From positions 83,411-147,410 of IMG/VR virus record IMGVR_UViG_3300037149_000105: a stretch of 64,000 bases of DNA; one strand, given 5' to 3'. The first letter of the stretch is position 1, and each line of letters begins with the position of its first letter. The notes beneath the pieces were generated by a model that saw only the letters and a list, made by a program, of their open reading frames with translations, did not search any database and was not told the origin of the DNA. Position numbers and translations under genes: made by a program. Source of the DNA: a virus. Below, piece by piece: positions 14,860-25,062 of this stretch.

Positions 14860-15756
14860 ATGAACGGTCTGTCCCCTGAACTGGTCGCCATCATCCGCAA
14901 CGAAAAAAAGGGTGCGTGGCTGAAGAAGTTCGATGAGTCCGTGGATATCATCAACGTCTCCGCCGCTCAGGACGCCTGGGTGCCTCGTGGCTCCATCAAA
15001 GCCAACGTTGGCTTCGGTCAAGGTGTCGGCATCCACACCCCTGAGACCAGCAGCTATACGAAGACCGGCAACATGGTCCTGGGCTACGGCGACCAGCTTT
15101 GGCCCGCAACGGTCGAGAACCCCGACCATGACGCCGAATTCGCCCTCCAGATGTGCCTCCGGTTCGGCTCCACCCCCCACTGTGGGGTTGACCACATCGC
15201 CAATCGGCTCGAAACCATGACCAACCAGGATGGCAAGCTCATCCGTGGCAAGCACTCCATGGCGTTCGTCAAGGCGTGGGTGGCGTTGTGCGAAGAGAAG
15301 GGCATCATCTGTGCGGCTCTGGACGAAGCCCGCCCCAAGCCCGTCATCACTGACATCGGTCTCTCCCCTCGTGTCACTACCACCCTGGAGGAGATGGATC
15401 TGCGGGTGGACCTCCCCTCCATTAAGATGGCGGAGATTAAATACAATCTGGTCCCTCGCCGTATCGCTGATCGCAAAAATCCCAATTTCGGCCAACTCAT
15501 GATGAGCCGGGATGGGAACGCTTCTCTGCTAGACAAGGCTTACTACGTAGCATGGACCCCTGGCACTCTGCATCGGGTTACCCGCTTCAGCGGCCTGAAC
15601 TGCAACTGTGAAGCCTGTGGCAAGCACATTCCCTCCGGTATGTTCGTGCCCATCGAAGCGGATGATCGCAAAATCGGGCACATCGGAATGTGGATCGGCT
15701 GTGACTGCGCCCGCAACATCTTCGGTGTCAAAGACATCGGTCTCGAAAGGAAGTAG
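14860..15756 (+). CDS. hypothetical protein with C-terminal Cys cluster
   Basis: GGAGGAG RBS; CEAC...GCDCA. Confidence 0.8.
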   Translation: MNGLSPELVAIIRNEKKGAWLKKFDESVDIINVSAAQDAWVPRGSIKANVGFGQGVGIHTPETSSYTKTGNMVLGYGDQLWPATVENPDHDAEFALQMCLRFGSTPHCGVDHIANRLETMTNQDGKLIRGKHSMAFVKAWVALCEEKGIICAALDEARPKPVITDIGLSPRVTTTLEEMDLRVDLPSIKMAEIKYNLVPRRIADRKNPNFGQLMMSRDGNASLLDKAYYVAWTPGTLHRVTRFSGLNCNCEACGKHIPSGMFVPIEADDRKIGHIGMWIGCDCARNIFGVKDIGLERK

Positions 15757-15757
15757 T

Positions 15758-15922
15758 ATGAACGACAGCAATCAACAAGCCATTTTTTGGGGTGGAGTCA
15801 TCATTAGCTTCGCCATCGGCCTCCTAACTCGTGCAGAGTTTGGATGGATCAGCTTTGGAGTGATGCTGGTGCTGAGTGGACTGATTAGCCACTTCTATGG
15901 GAACAAAGAGGAGGAGGAATAG
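15758..15922 (+). CDS. small two-TM membrane protein
   Basis: two hydrophobic segments after ATG 15758. Confidence 0.6.
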   Translation: MNDSNQQAIFWGGVIISFAIGLLTRAEFGWISFGVMLVLSGLISHFYGNKEEEE

Positions 15923-15923
15923 G

Positions 15924-16169
15924 ATGACAAGTGTTATCTCATGGGCCATTCTCACCTTTGCTGGAGTTCTGATTTGCTGGCTCTATTTCATGGCCATAGC
16001 GGATCGGATGAAGCAGCACAGACTCACTCGCTGTGGTCTCATGTCCTACACTCCAAAGGACCAACTCCAGACTGACGTTCAAGCTCGGGTGGATTATGAT
16101 CACTGCTGGCTGCGCTACAAAGCTCTCCTGAACACACAGTGGGCCAAAGCGCATCCACCAGAAAATTAA
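15924..16169 (+). CDS. small membrane protein
   Basis: GGAGG RBS; N-terminal TM. Confidence 0.6.
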   Translation: MTSVISWAILTFAGVLICWLYFMAIADRMKQHRLTRCGLMSYTPKDQLQTDVQARVDYDHCWLRYKALLNTQWAKAHPPEN

Positions 16170-16228
16170 TAAAATTTAATGCATACTTCCTCTACCCGTG
16201 GTATACTTAAGGTAGAGGAGATAACCCC

Positions 16229-17425
16229 ATGCCCTTCACCTTCCGCTCTGAATCCCGCATGAACGAACTGGTCGCCAAGGCCAACAAGCCCCTGGTGAAG
16301 ATGGGCTTGTCCACCCTGGTCGTCACCTCCGTCACCCCCCGCAAGGTCAACTGCACCACCGAGGGTGGCCAGAACATCACCTACGTGGTGTTCGATGCCG
16401 AGATCACCGTCCCCGAGGAACTGGTTCGCATCGCTGGCACCCAGGTCGTGGCTCGTATCGAAAACGTTGAAGGGCTCAACATGGTCACCCGCATCGGTGG
16501 CTACGAGGGCAACCTCGACGCCTACCGCACCGCTGCCATCGAATGCCAGCACTGCGGCTTCAGGCGCAACCGCAAGGGCTCCTGGATCGTCATCGACCCC
16601 ACTGGCACCCAGAAGCAGATTGGCGACACCTGCGTTGACCTCTACTTCGGCGTGGACGTTGCGAAGATCCTCAGCACCTCCTACCACGTTCACTCCATCC
16701 TGGACAGCGATGACTGGGGCATGGACGGTGGGAGCCGCAAGAGCTATGATGACACCGCTTCCTTCATCTCCACCATCGCTTGGATCGCCTCCACCAAGGG
16801 CTTCGTCACCAAGAAGCAGGCTGATGAGAACATGAGCCAGAGCAGTGCCGACTATGCGGATTACCTGACCAGCCCCCTCAGCAGCTTCGCTGATGCCAAG
16901 GAACGGGCCGCTTACTACGCTGCCAAGGAAGAGTGCTCCGTTTGGCTGAAGCATACCGGTATCGTGAGTGTTCAGGAGACGGTCGTGGACTTCTGGATGG
17001 AGAAGGACAACCTGTCCGAGTTCGAGCACAACTGCCGGGTTGCCATCCTCGCGCAGTCGCTCCGCTACAAAGGTTTGGTCGCTTATGCGACGAAGATGTG
17101 GGTCGATGCGGTCAAGAAGGCTCAGGCCGAACTGAAGGCTGCCCAGGCCCCCCAGGCTCGCACCGTCAGCAATTACGTGGCTGCCAAGGGTGAGCGGATT
17201 GTCCTGACCCTCACCGTCAAGAACATCTACTCCTACGACACGGCTTACGGCACCACGACCATGTTCATCTTCAACGACGAGCAGGGCAACTGCATCGTCT
17301 GGAAGGCCACCTCCAACCCCTCCATGGAGATCGGCCAGACCTACAGCGTCAAGGGCACCGTCAAAGACCACACCGACTACAAAGGCACCAAGCAGACCCT
17401 TCTGACTCGGTGCCAGATTGGGTAA
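16229..17425 (+). CDS. conserved phage protein with Zn-binding motifs and C-terminal OB-fold-like domain
   Basis: CQHC..RRNR...IGDTC; C-terminal YGTT..F.F.DEQGN..VWK...VKGTVKDH.DYKG.KQT.LTR; GGTATACT -10 upstream. Confidence 0.75.
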   Translation: MPFTFRSESRMNELVAKANKPLVKMGLSTLVVTSVTPRKVNCTTEGGQNITYVVFDAEITVPEELVRIAGTQVVARIENVEGLNMVTRIGGYEGNLDAYRTAAIECQHCGFRRNRKGSWIVIDPTGTQKQIGDTCVDLYFGVDVAKILSTSYHVHSILDSDDWGMDGGSRKSYDDTASFISTIAWIASTKGFVTKKQADENMSQSSADYADYLTSPLSSFADAKERAAYYAAKEECSVWLKHTGIVSVQETVVDFWMEKDNLSEFEHNCRVAILAQSLRYKGLVAYATKMWVDAVKKAQAELKAAQAPQARTVSNYVAAKGERIVLTLTVKNIYSYDTAYGTTTMFIFNDEQGNCIVWKATSNPSMEIGQTYSVKGTVKDHTDYKGTKQTLLTRCQIG

Positions 17426-17445
17426 TAAGTAGGGTAGGCAATATT

Positions 17446-17470
17446 GAAAGGGGCCTCATGGCCCCTTTTT
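17446..17470 (+). terminator. intrinsic terminator
   Basis: GAAAGGGGCC-TCAT-GGCCCCTTTTT. Confidence 0.75.
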
Positions 17471-17488
17471 CATTCCAACAGGAGCAGT

Positions 17489-17635
17489 ATGAGCATTTTC
17501 GAATGGATTTTTTGGCCCCTCTGGCTTGCCGCGATATGGTTCCTACGATATGGTCCTTCGATGCGATTTCAGGAGTGGTTCTGTGACTGGCAGGTTAGAG
17601 TCAATGAAAAAATGAGTATTAATAAGAAGGAGTAG
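17489..17635 (+). CDS. small membrane protein
   Basis: AGGAG RBS; Trp-rich TM. Confidence 0.55.
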   Translation: MSIFEWIFWPLWLAAIWFLRYGPSMRFQEWFCDWQVRVNEKMSINKKE

Positions 17636-17639
17636 ACAT

Positions 17640-17810
17640 ATGAAATTTCAAGACATTCCACTAAAAGGGTATTTCCGGCTCACTCCGGATGGTCGTAGTT
17701 TCCAGAAGACCAGTTACTTTGGATACTACGTTGACTCATGCATGGGAGAGATGCAGGTTCAGGGTGATCTGGAAGTCATTCCATTTGATACCCCGACTGA
17801 ACCTGAGTAA
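17640..17810 (+). CDS. 56-aa hypothetical protein (not in ORF track)
   Basis: AAGGAG RBS; MKFQDIPLKGYFRLTPDG...PTEPE. Confidence 0.65.
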   Translation: MKFQDIPLKGYFRLTPDGRSFQKTSYFGYYVDSCMGEMQVQGDLEVIPFDTPTEPE

Positions 17811-17812
17811 AA

Positions 17813-18397
17813 ATGGCTCGATTTCTTACCCCGGAACAAAAGGCTGAGTCTTACAAGAGGGCGAAAGAGGCTAAACTTTGTAGGTGGTGTGGGTTAGACG
17901 TTCACCGCTTGAGTGCAAAGCGGAGAACTTTTTGTTCGGATGAGTGTGTACACGAGTTCAACATTCGCTCTAGTGCTAGTTACATCCGAATCTATATTGC
18001 CAAACGTGATAAATACATCTGTCAGATTTGTGGATTGGACTGTAAGGGATTCGTAAGCAGACTTAGGCGGTATGTTCGAGAACACATTCAGGAACTTCAA
18101 CAGCAACCCATCTATGCAGGCTACCAGAATTACCGTCATGCTCAGAGGGCTCTGGAAATGGAGTTCTTCGACCTTCGCAATATGGAATGGGTGAATACCC
18201 ATGGGAGGTCCACCTTCTATGATATTGATCACATCATACCCGTTTCCGAGAACAAAAATCAATGTGGAGAAGAAAACCTCCGCACCCTCTGCCTGGGCTG
18301 CCATCGGAAAGAGACGGCGAAACTAAGGGCTCGATTGAAAAAGGCTAATCTTGCGGCTTCTGATTCCTCTCTTCAAGTTCCAGAATCACCATCTTAG
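17813..18397 (+). CDS. HNH endonuclease
   Basis: RDKYICQIC...DIDHIIP...NLRTLCLGCHRKET. Confidence 0.9.
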   Translation: MARFLTPEQKAESYKRAKEAKLCRWCGLDVHRLSAKRRTFCSDECVHEFNIRSSASYIRIYIAKRDKYICQICGLDCKGFVSRLRRYVREHIQELQQQPIYAGYQNYRHAQRALEMEFFDLRNMEWVNTHGRSTFYDIDHIIPVSENKNQCGEENLRTLCLGCHRKETAKLRARLKKANLAASDSSLQVPESPS

Positions 18398-18620
18398 GCT
18401 TTGGCTTTGGTGCTCGCTTCTTTCTGGCTGGTTTGGGGATCCCCACCATGCCATTGCGGAAGCTATCAACCCACTCCAGGGCTGAAATCAATTCAGCCGC
18501 ATCAAATTGAGACATCGCTATGTACTTAAGCTCCGCTTGCTTCTCTCCGACCAGCAGGATGCGGATCATGTCCTCATCGTCTTGAATCTCCATCACCCAT
18601 TTGCGAATTGTGTCTGACAT
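18345..18620 (-). CDS. hypothetical protein
   Basis: AGAGGA RBS; last gene of - strand block. Confidence 0.6.
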   Translation of the reverse strand: MSDTIRKWVMEIQDDEDMIRILLVGEKQAELKYIAMSQFDAAELISALEWVDSFRNGMVGIPKPARKKRAPKPKPKMVILELEERNQKPQD

Positions 18621-20304
18621 TGGCGTGTCCTCTTTGGATGTCCTCGCGGCTTAGTTCCTGTAAGACAAGTCGTCTGTTTTGAGAGTTAAGGTCGTTCGAT
18701 AACTTCTTCCAGACTTCAGACCCCTTCAAAAAAGAGTCAACAAGTCCGTTTTCCGATGGCCATTTTTGCCCTCGTTTGATATTTTCAAACTCCAATTTTA
18801 ACGCCATCGCGGCAGTCCGGATCTCCGGGGGGATTGGGTAATTAGAGGAAATGGTTGAGAGTTCGGGCTCCTCCGTTGGCTTAGCCAAAAATTTCATTCT
18901 AGCCCTTTTCTTGAGTAAGGAGCTAGCCTTTGGTTGTGAATCGAGATACCCACCCTCACGAAGAATTTTTTCTACATCCATATTGTCAGGATTTAGCATC
19001 CTCTCCACGTGATCAACCGCATCCGCTCTAAGTGCGTCCAAATCTTTCCGTTGTCCCATTAGTGCGTTTAAATAGGCGTAGACCCGCTCCGCATCCTCTT
19101 TTTTCAAGCCAGGAATGATTCTGTCAATATTGGCTTGAGTTGCGCGGGCTCCGCCTCGCGCGTTGTTTAACTGAGTATCAAATGTCCACTTCTCATCTGC
19201 TGTCTCTGGCTGTTTAATCTTTCTTGCTTTTTCTATAAGTTGGAAGTAATCACGCTCAGGAGATTCAGGGCTATTGATATAAAATTCTAGTTCCGCATCA
19301 ATTTTTTCATTTTGTGACATATCAGGATGATAGAGGCGTTCCACCTCTTGCCCTATTATATCTGAGTAGTTAGATACAAAGCAACTCCTGCTACAGAAGG
19401 GGCCGTCATCTGTGTAATATGCGTCAGGAGAATCCTCATCTATGTATTTTTCGCAATACGCACATTGGTCATACGGATGCGCGTCATCCCAATCGTTGAA
19501 TACAAAGCCCTCGTTTACCCAGTGAGCTAGGGTCTTGTCATAATTGACCAACACTTCTACGAGCCACCAGTAGTTACCATCGTTAAAATAGTAGAGATGC
19601 CCTTCCGCTTCTTTCTTTCCAAAGTCATTCCCATCTACATCCTGACATTCAAAGTGTTCAATGTCGTCCGCACTAGTTGGAATAGAAAATTGAGCGTAAC
19701 GATCTGAGCCGTAAGTCCCACCCACCTCTGCCTGCACGATTACATAAAGTGGGCCTCTAGCTAGGTAAGTTCTGGCGTAGTTCTCATTTTTTGTACACCA
19801 ATGGGAGCCTTTGCCCATTAGCATTGCAGCCTCTGGAGTAGTTACTTTAAAAAAAGCGTAGCCCCTCTGCTCTGTCAGAAGCTCACAGCCGTTATTCAGA
19901 TACTCTTGCCGTCTCCGCTCTACTTCCCTCTTTTGCTCTTTTTTAGATAGCTGTCCCCGGTCCATCTCAGCCATTTGGGCTGTAAATGTGTACCAATCAT
20001 ACGCCAAGATATCTGTGTGGGTGTCGGGCATAGCCTTGAACTTTTGGGAGTTCTTTAATCGGTTGAACTTGACCAGTGATTCATGCGCCTCTTCTAAAGC
20101 CATCTGATTAAGACCCAATCTACCCTTTGTAAACTCCCTAACCAGGAACTCTGTGTAGGTTCCATTGTTGGTGGGGTCAATATCTGCAAGCTGCTTAACA
20201 GCCTCTGGGGTAGCATGATACTTGCTCGCCAGTGCCTTTTGCCTAGCTTCCGAAGCGGCTGCGCTGAGGAGGAAAGCATGTTTGAAGAGTAGTTTGAATG
20301 GCAT
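18574..20304 (-). CDS. large hypothetical protein, probable internal virion protein
   Basis: DPT..YTEFL, HWCTK, GPLY domain shared with 22280..25027; CAYC/FCSRSC finger. Confidence 0.8.
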   Translation of the reverse strand: MPFKLLFKHAFLLSAAASEARQKALASKYHATPEAVKQLADIDPTNNGTYTEFLVREFTKGRLGLNQMALEEAHESLVKFNRLKNSQKFKAMPDTHTDILAYDWYTFTAQMAEMDRGQLSKKEQKREVERRRQEYLNNGCELLTEQRGYAFFKVTTPEAAMLMGKGSHWCTKNENYARTYLARGPLYVIVQAEVGGTYGSDRYAQFSIPTSADDIEHFECQDVDGNDFGKKEAEGHLYYFNDGNYWWLVEVLVNYDKTLAHWVNEGFVFNDWDDAHPYDQCAYCEKYIDEDSPDAYYTDDGPFCSRSCFVSNYSDIIGQEVERLYHPDMSQNEKIDAELEFYINSPESPERDYFQLIEKARKIKQPETADEKWTFDTQLNNARGGARATQANIDRIIPGLKKEDAERVYAYLNALMGQRKDLDALRADAVDHVERMLNPDNMDVEKILREGGYLDSQPKASSLLKKRARMKFLAKPTEEPELSTISSNYPIPPEIRTAAMALKLEFENIKRGQKWPSENGLVDSFLKGSEVWKKLSNDLNSQNRRLVLQELSREDIQRGHANVRHNSQMGDGDSRR

Positions 20305-20318
20305 CCCAGTTCCTTCAC

Positions 20319-21650
20319 TTAAGGCTTGAGTATTGCGGTTTCGCTCAGTTTTTGTGAATGCTTGATATGGAACTCAAAATTATAGCCAGCCTGTTTGACT
20401 GCTTGTGCTTTGGCGTGGTTCATAGCCAAAGTTTTTTGATAAGTGTACACTGATTTTACCTCAATGATTAGGTTCTTGGATTTAATAAAAATGTCAGGGT
20501 AATACCTACGTAATTTTCCTTTGAATTCATAGAAGAAACTAGGGCAGTCAATTCCGGTTAAAATATCAGCTTCTGAAGTGCCCGAATCTAACAACTCTTG
20601 AATAACTAAAGGCTCGTATCCTTGGACTTGGATAGTCTTTCCAGAAGGAAAAGTGAACGTCTTACGAGCATAACCTAACTTTAATCTGGAGTGAAAGAAT
20701 ATGGGAGACTGAAGCGGGTAAGGCACTCCATACTTGTTAATATTTGTTACCTCTCCTTTTGCACGAATCTCTGCCGATTGATAAGGGGCGGTAACTCCAT
20801 AACGAGCCACACAAGTCAAAGCTCGCTTAGCTTCGCATTCCGGATTTTGGCGGGGATGTTCATACCCCGTCTTTATTCTCTGACCTTCTTTCCATTTTTT
20901 ATTTTTTGCGTAGTGTCCCCCATAACGAGCATTTATTGTCTCCTGAATACGCCTACCCATCCCAGGAATTTGAAATACGTTGTCCACTCCAAACATTTTT
21001 TGGAGCACAGCTTTTCTTTTTTCATACCCAGATTTTAAGGATCCATGCCTGCTAATTTCAGTCTCCTGTTTTTTAGCTACAAACTCAGGAAGACTAATGG
21101 GATTAGCCACTCCATAGCGGTTAAGACAGGTTTGCTCTCTTTTCTCAATGAAAGAGTGATCCTGTGTATGGTGCTCCACGCCGTACCGTTCCAATGAAGT
21201 TTTTCTTCTCTCTTCTTCAGAATGAGCACACTTAGCCGGACACTTCTTGTAATGATCTGAACAACACCAATACCAATGAAGAACCTGCCCCGTATTTGTC
21301 TTGACCGATTTCATCAGATGAAACTTAGCCAGAGATCCACAGCCATTTTCGCATAGTTGGCCCTCAGAGGGCAACTCAGCACTCCTCCTTGCTTGCCGCT
21401 CCTTCTGCCCTTTGGCATGTCTTTCCTTTTGAATTTTCGCTCTGGTTTCCAAATCCATAATAGAGACTGCATGGGCTGTAGTATTTTTTGATTGCATAAG
21501 TCTGTAACCTAGACATTCCCTAGCCTTTTGATGACAACAGTACAACCTTTTAGCAGCATGGTAGTAATTTCCAGCACCGCCACACAGATAGCAGCTACCC
21601 ACTTGTTCAGCCGTGACCTCAACAAATTTAAAATAGTTTGAATTTGGTAT
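20319..21650 (-). CDS. homing-endonuclease-like protein (RYGV repeats plus PD-(D/E)xK domain)
   Basis: repeated T...RYGV; YYPDIFIKSKNLIIEVKS; frame open from ATA 21650 behind AAGGAG. Confidence 0.8.
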   Translation of the reverse strand: MPNSNYFKFVEVTAEQVGSCYLCGGAGNYYHAAKRLYCCHQKARECLGYRLMQSKNTTAHAVSIMDLETRAKIQKERHAKGQKERQARRSAELPSEGQLCENGCGSLAKFHLMKSVKTNTGQVLHWYWCCSDHYKKCPAKCAHSEEERRKTSLERYGVEHHTQDHSFIEKREQTCLNRYGVANPISLPEFVAKKQETEISRHGSLKSGYEKRKAVLQKMFGVDNVFQIPGMGRRIQETINARYGGHYAKNKKWKEGQRIKTGYEHPRQNPECEAKRALTCVARYGVTAPYQSAEIRAKGEVTNINKYGVPYPLQSPIFFHSRLKLGYARKTFTFPSGKTIQVQGYEPLVIQELLDSGTSEADILTGIDCPSFFYEFKGKLRRYYPDIFIKSKNLIIEVKSVYTYQKTLAMNHAKAQAVKQAGYNFEFHIKHSQKLSETAILKP

Positions 21651-21695
21651 AACGAACTCCTTTGTATATTAATACTCGGAAAGTTCGTTTTTTAG

Positions 21696-22283
21696 TCAGA
21701 ATTGCAGGACCCATGACATAATAAAATTAATACCCGCTGGTAAAACTAGGGGTGGGAGAGTCTTGTAATTGATCAGAATAGCGGTGTTCGTATCGTTGAT
21801 GCTGGCCTGAGTGGCGTTGTTGAAGAAGGGGGCGGCCCCGAGGGTGGTAGACGAGGCGGTGCTTCCCCCACCGATAAGCCCAAGCTCCCTGATCGGAGTG
21901 TTGATTGAATCGGTCGTAGCATTCAGAATTGTCTGAAAATCAACTATGTTGGAATAGCCCTCGTTTGGAATGACATTCAGATTCTCATCCACGAACTGAA
22001 TATAGCTGCACGGCTTGCGAAGAATTGGGGTGATGATGTTCTGCTGGGTAGGCAACGCATCAGGCTGGTTGTTCAGCGGCCAATCAGGCGCACCGGCTCC
22101 AATCGCCAGCCCCCACACACCCGCAACCGGATCACTGATGTTAGCCATCATTCTGGCGAACAAATATTGTGTATTCAAGCACACAGTGTTATGCTCCGCA
22201 AATATTGTGTTGCTTGGGTTAGCTTCTTCGAACACTCGAATATAGCCCTTTGCTGGGATGGTCATTCTGTCATTGTTTTTCAT
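21696..22283 (-). CDS. tail/baseplate structural protein
   Basis: LAIGAG...IRELGLIGG...INYKT...SWVLQF pattern of tail-fibre/baseplate N-terminal domains. Confidence 0.6.
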   Translation of the reverse strand: MKNNDRMTIPAKGYIRVFEEANPSNTIFAEHNTVCLNTQYLFARMMANISDPVAGVWGLAIGAGAPDWPLNNQPDALPTQQNIITPILRKPCSYIQFVDENLNVIPNEGYSNIVDFQTILNATTDSINTPIRELGLIGGGSTASSTTLGAAPFFNNATQASINDTNTAILINYKTLPPLVLPAGINFIMSWVLQF

Positions 22284-25027
22284 GCTTTCTCCTTATAATT
22301 CATTACTCTGGCAAAGAGGACTTGATGCAGTCTGGACTGCTTCTCGCCCCGTGGGAGTTGATCACTCTCTTCGTCCAAGAGTTTGCGGAGCCGTTTAGAC
22401 GCCTCATCCGCACCAAGCACTTGGAACAGATATTTGTAGCCCCAATTCTGGTTTTCAAACATCTTGTCTTCAATTTCTTTCCATCGACTTTTCTTTATCT
22501 CAGCGATGTATTGGAGTATTCCGCTGGCTATATCTACGGGTCCATCGTCATAATCGGTTCCCCATTTTCTTTCATTAAATGCTTTAGCTGTGGCTGCTTC
22601 AAGCTCGGGCCATGGCTTCCCATTCATCCGCTCCTTGATATACTCAATCGCATTAGTGAGCCCTCTTCTCCGTCCCGCCCTCTCTATGAGGGTCTCTTCC
22701 TGACGAGGGATTCGCTCATTCTTTTCGTACACTCGATCAATATATTCCTCGTTATCCAGGATGGCCGGATAGTCTCTCTCAAGCTCAGGCCACCGTTTAG
22801 GGTGGAACCTCATCATATACTGATTGAGATTATAGTTACTGAGGTAACGTGCCTTCTCAAGCACCCATGCCTCACCCACCGCAGAAATATTTTTCATTTC
22901 AGTCAATGTATCCATGATGTTACGGTCATCAAATGAGGGGGAGTTGATGACCCACTCCAAAACCTTATCAGTGGGATCGGGGAGATCCTTATCCCGATGG
23001 TTATCTTTCCAGAACTCATACTCCCGCTTTGGAGTTGTCCGAATTTTTGTTTCTCCTCGATCCACTTTTTGGAGCTTATCCTCCATCGCTCTTTCAGTCA
23101 GGAGTTCAATTTCAGTGATCTTCTTTTCGAAAGAGGGCTGCGCCCAGGTGGGGATTTTCCTAATTTTGAAGGGGCTACCGTTGAGGAAGTTCTCTCTCCC
23201 ATAGGCTGCCACTTCCTTCAGTTTAGTGAATCCCGCTAGGGCTGCGTCAAGCTTCTCTCTGGCTGGAGCTTGGATATCCTTCAGAGCCTGTCCGATAGCG
23301 GCAGAAGCTCGTTCCTCTGCACCCCCATCTCCGGAAACTCTACGTTTGTAGATGTCCCCTGCATCCTTCAATAGTCTGTATGCTACGCCGTATTCTGGTT
23401 CTGCTTTTGCCCGCTCAACCGCCTTCTCCCAGGCTTGGTTCACAAAGGGACGGAACATGTTCTTTATCATTTTGATATAGGGCTGAACCGCCGTATTTCT
23501 TGTGAAATCCCTAGTCTGCATCCCGTGAGCCCCATATCCACCCATAAGTTGCACGGTAAACCCACTCACATTTCCATCAGCGTTGTTATAACTATAGGTG
23601 GATGAGGGAAACTTGCTGTTCAACAAACCTACCAGAGCCTCGCCCTCACTTACCGCTTTCTCGCTTCCTTCTTTTACAGCCGCTCTAAACTGAGCAAACT
23701 TCTCATCCCAGTCATATTCCTTAGAGAAAAGGGCAAACACCTTCTTGAACAACGGTTCAATTCTGAAGGCTAACCCATATTCTGCCGATGTGAGGTGGTT
23801 GGGATCAGAATCGGGGGTGCTCATGGACTTAACGAAGTCAGTGTAGGATTCAGTTCTATCAATTTTCTTTGCAATTTCAACCACGTTCTTATTAGCCTCG
23901 TAGTAGGGGGCAACCGCCTCTCCGGTACGAGCGTAACGATTAGTCAACTCTCTGAGTTCATCTGGCTCTAAAAGTTCGTATCTGGGACGAATATACTTTT
24001 CCTCGACATCCAAGAACTTCTTGTCCTTCTTTACATTACCACCATTGACCATAACATACTCTTGCAGATAAGAGAACGTCTCAGCCGCATCCAGATTAGG
24101 GACCTGATAGCACCCCATCGTTTTAGTCAGATCTGCCCTGGCCCGGTCGTTCATTGTGCCCTTAGCTAGGGCTTTTTCAATCAATTCCGCACACTCCGGG
24201 TTCATCAGCTTGGTCCCGTACATATGGGAGTTGTTTCGACTCATGAACTGCGCCTTGCTTTCATTGTTATGTTCGTCCTTTGCGGGATCAAGTTGGAAGA
24301 AAGGGTCGCCGTTCTTGTACGCCACATAATTGGGGCCGGTGGATAGATACTTGGTGGCAGTGCCTACGTCTTTGGTACACCATGCGGGTTCATTGTTTGG
24401 GGGAAAGCGAGAGAGAGCAGATAGGTCTTCTGCACTAGTTACCTGCCATAAAATATACGTCTTGTCCTGATAGATAATTGTTGCCCCCTCTGGGCTTAGT
24501 TCAGGAAGGGTGTAGATATCTGAAGCGGAGTTGAACTTTGTCAAGGTGCTTCTCAGATTTGCCAAATCAGAGAACCGGTTTAGGTCGGTGGGGAGGTCTT
24601 GCTTCTTCCACTCAGGACTTTTACGGAGATCAGTAAAATCAGTCAGATTCTGTTTTATTGATTCTGTGTCTTCCTTCCATTGATTTTTCTGCCCATCATC
24701 CATGGCCAGCCATATCTTCAGCAGCCATTCGGTGAAATCATTCTTGTTGATGCCATCCGTAGGGTCAGCCGCAGCCACTCCGGTCAAAATCTGAGCATAT
24801 TTTGCATTAAGCATCTGCTCATTCTGCTTCTTAGCTTCTTTCTGGTCTTCCTCGTCTCCCAGTGTCTCATCCATCAGATTGACCATATTATGGGTCGTCA
24901 CATAGTGGTAGAGCTTAGGGCCGTATCGATTAGGACCGGCCAGAAACTCTATCTTCCTCTCGCTGATTGCCTCTTTATGGATCAACGGAGAAGCCAATGA
25001 GGCGAGAAGAGTGATGACTTCGGACAT
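22280..25027 (-). CDS. large probable internal virion protein
   Basis: DPT..FTEWL, AWCTK, GPNY domain; C-terminal (K/R)WPELE helical repeats. Confidence 0.8.
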   Translation of the reverse strand: MSEVITLLASLASPLIHKEAISERKIEFLAGPNRYGPKLYHYVTTHNMVNLMDETLGDEEDQKEAKKQNEQMLNAKYAQILTGVAAADPTDGINKNDFTEWLLKIWLAMDDGQKNQWKEDTESIKQNLTDFTDLRKSPEWKKQDLPTDLNRFSDLANLRSTLTKFNSASDIYTLPELSPEGATIIYQDKTYILWQVTSAEDLSALSRFPPNNEPAWCTKDVGTATKYLSTGPNYVAYKNGDPFFQLDPAKDEHNNESKAQFMSRNNSHMYGTKLMNPECAELIEKALAKGTMNDRARADLTKTMGCYQVPNLDAAETFSYLQEYVMVNGGNVKKDKKFLDVEEKYIRPRYELLEPDELRELTNRYARTGEAVAPYYEANKNVVEIAKKIDRTESYTDFVKSMSTPDSDPNHLTSAEYGLAFRIEPLFKKVFALFSKEYDWDEKFAQFRAAVKEGSEKAVSEGEALVGLLNSKFPSSTYSYNNADGNVSGFTVQLMGGYGAHGMQTRDFTRNTAVQPYIKMIKNMFRPFVNQAWEKAVERAKAEPEYGVAYRLLKDAGDIYKRRVSGDGGAEERASAAIGQALKDIQAPAREKLDAALAGFTKLKEVAAYGRENFLNGSPFKIRKIPTWAQPSFEKKITEIELLTERAMEDKLQKVDRGETKIRTTPKREYEFWKDNHRDKDLPDPTDKVLEWVINSPSFDDRNIMDTLTEMKNISAVGEAWVLEKARYLSNYNLNQYMMRFHPKRWPELERDYPAILDNEEYIDRVYEKNERIPRQEETLIERAGRRRGLTNAIEYIKERMNGKPWPELEAATAKAFNERKWGTDYDDGPVDIASGILQYIAEIKKSRWKEIEDKMFENQNWGYKYLFQVLGADEASKRLRKLLDEESDQLPRGEKQSRLHQVLFARVMNYKEKA

Positions 25028-25062
25028 GTGGGGCTCCAAACAGTTCAATAAAGGATTGCGAA

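Noticed and set aside
11443-17371. Long antisense and alternate-frame ORFs (e.g. 16166..17371 -, 14854..15495 -, 13733..14158)
   Set aside because: Shadows of GC3-rich or repeat-containing sense genes; no RBS or motifs
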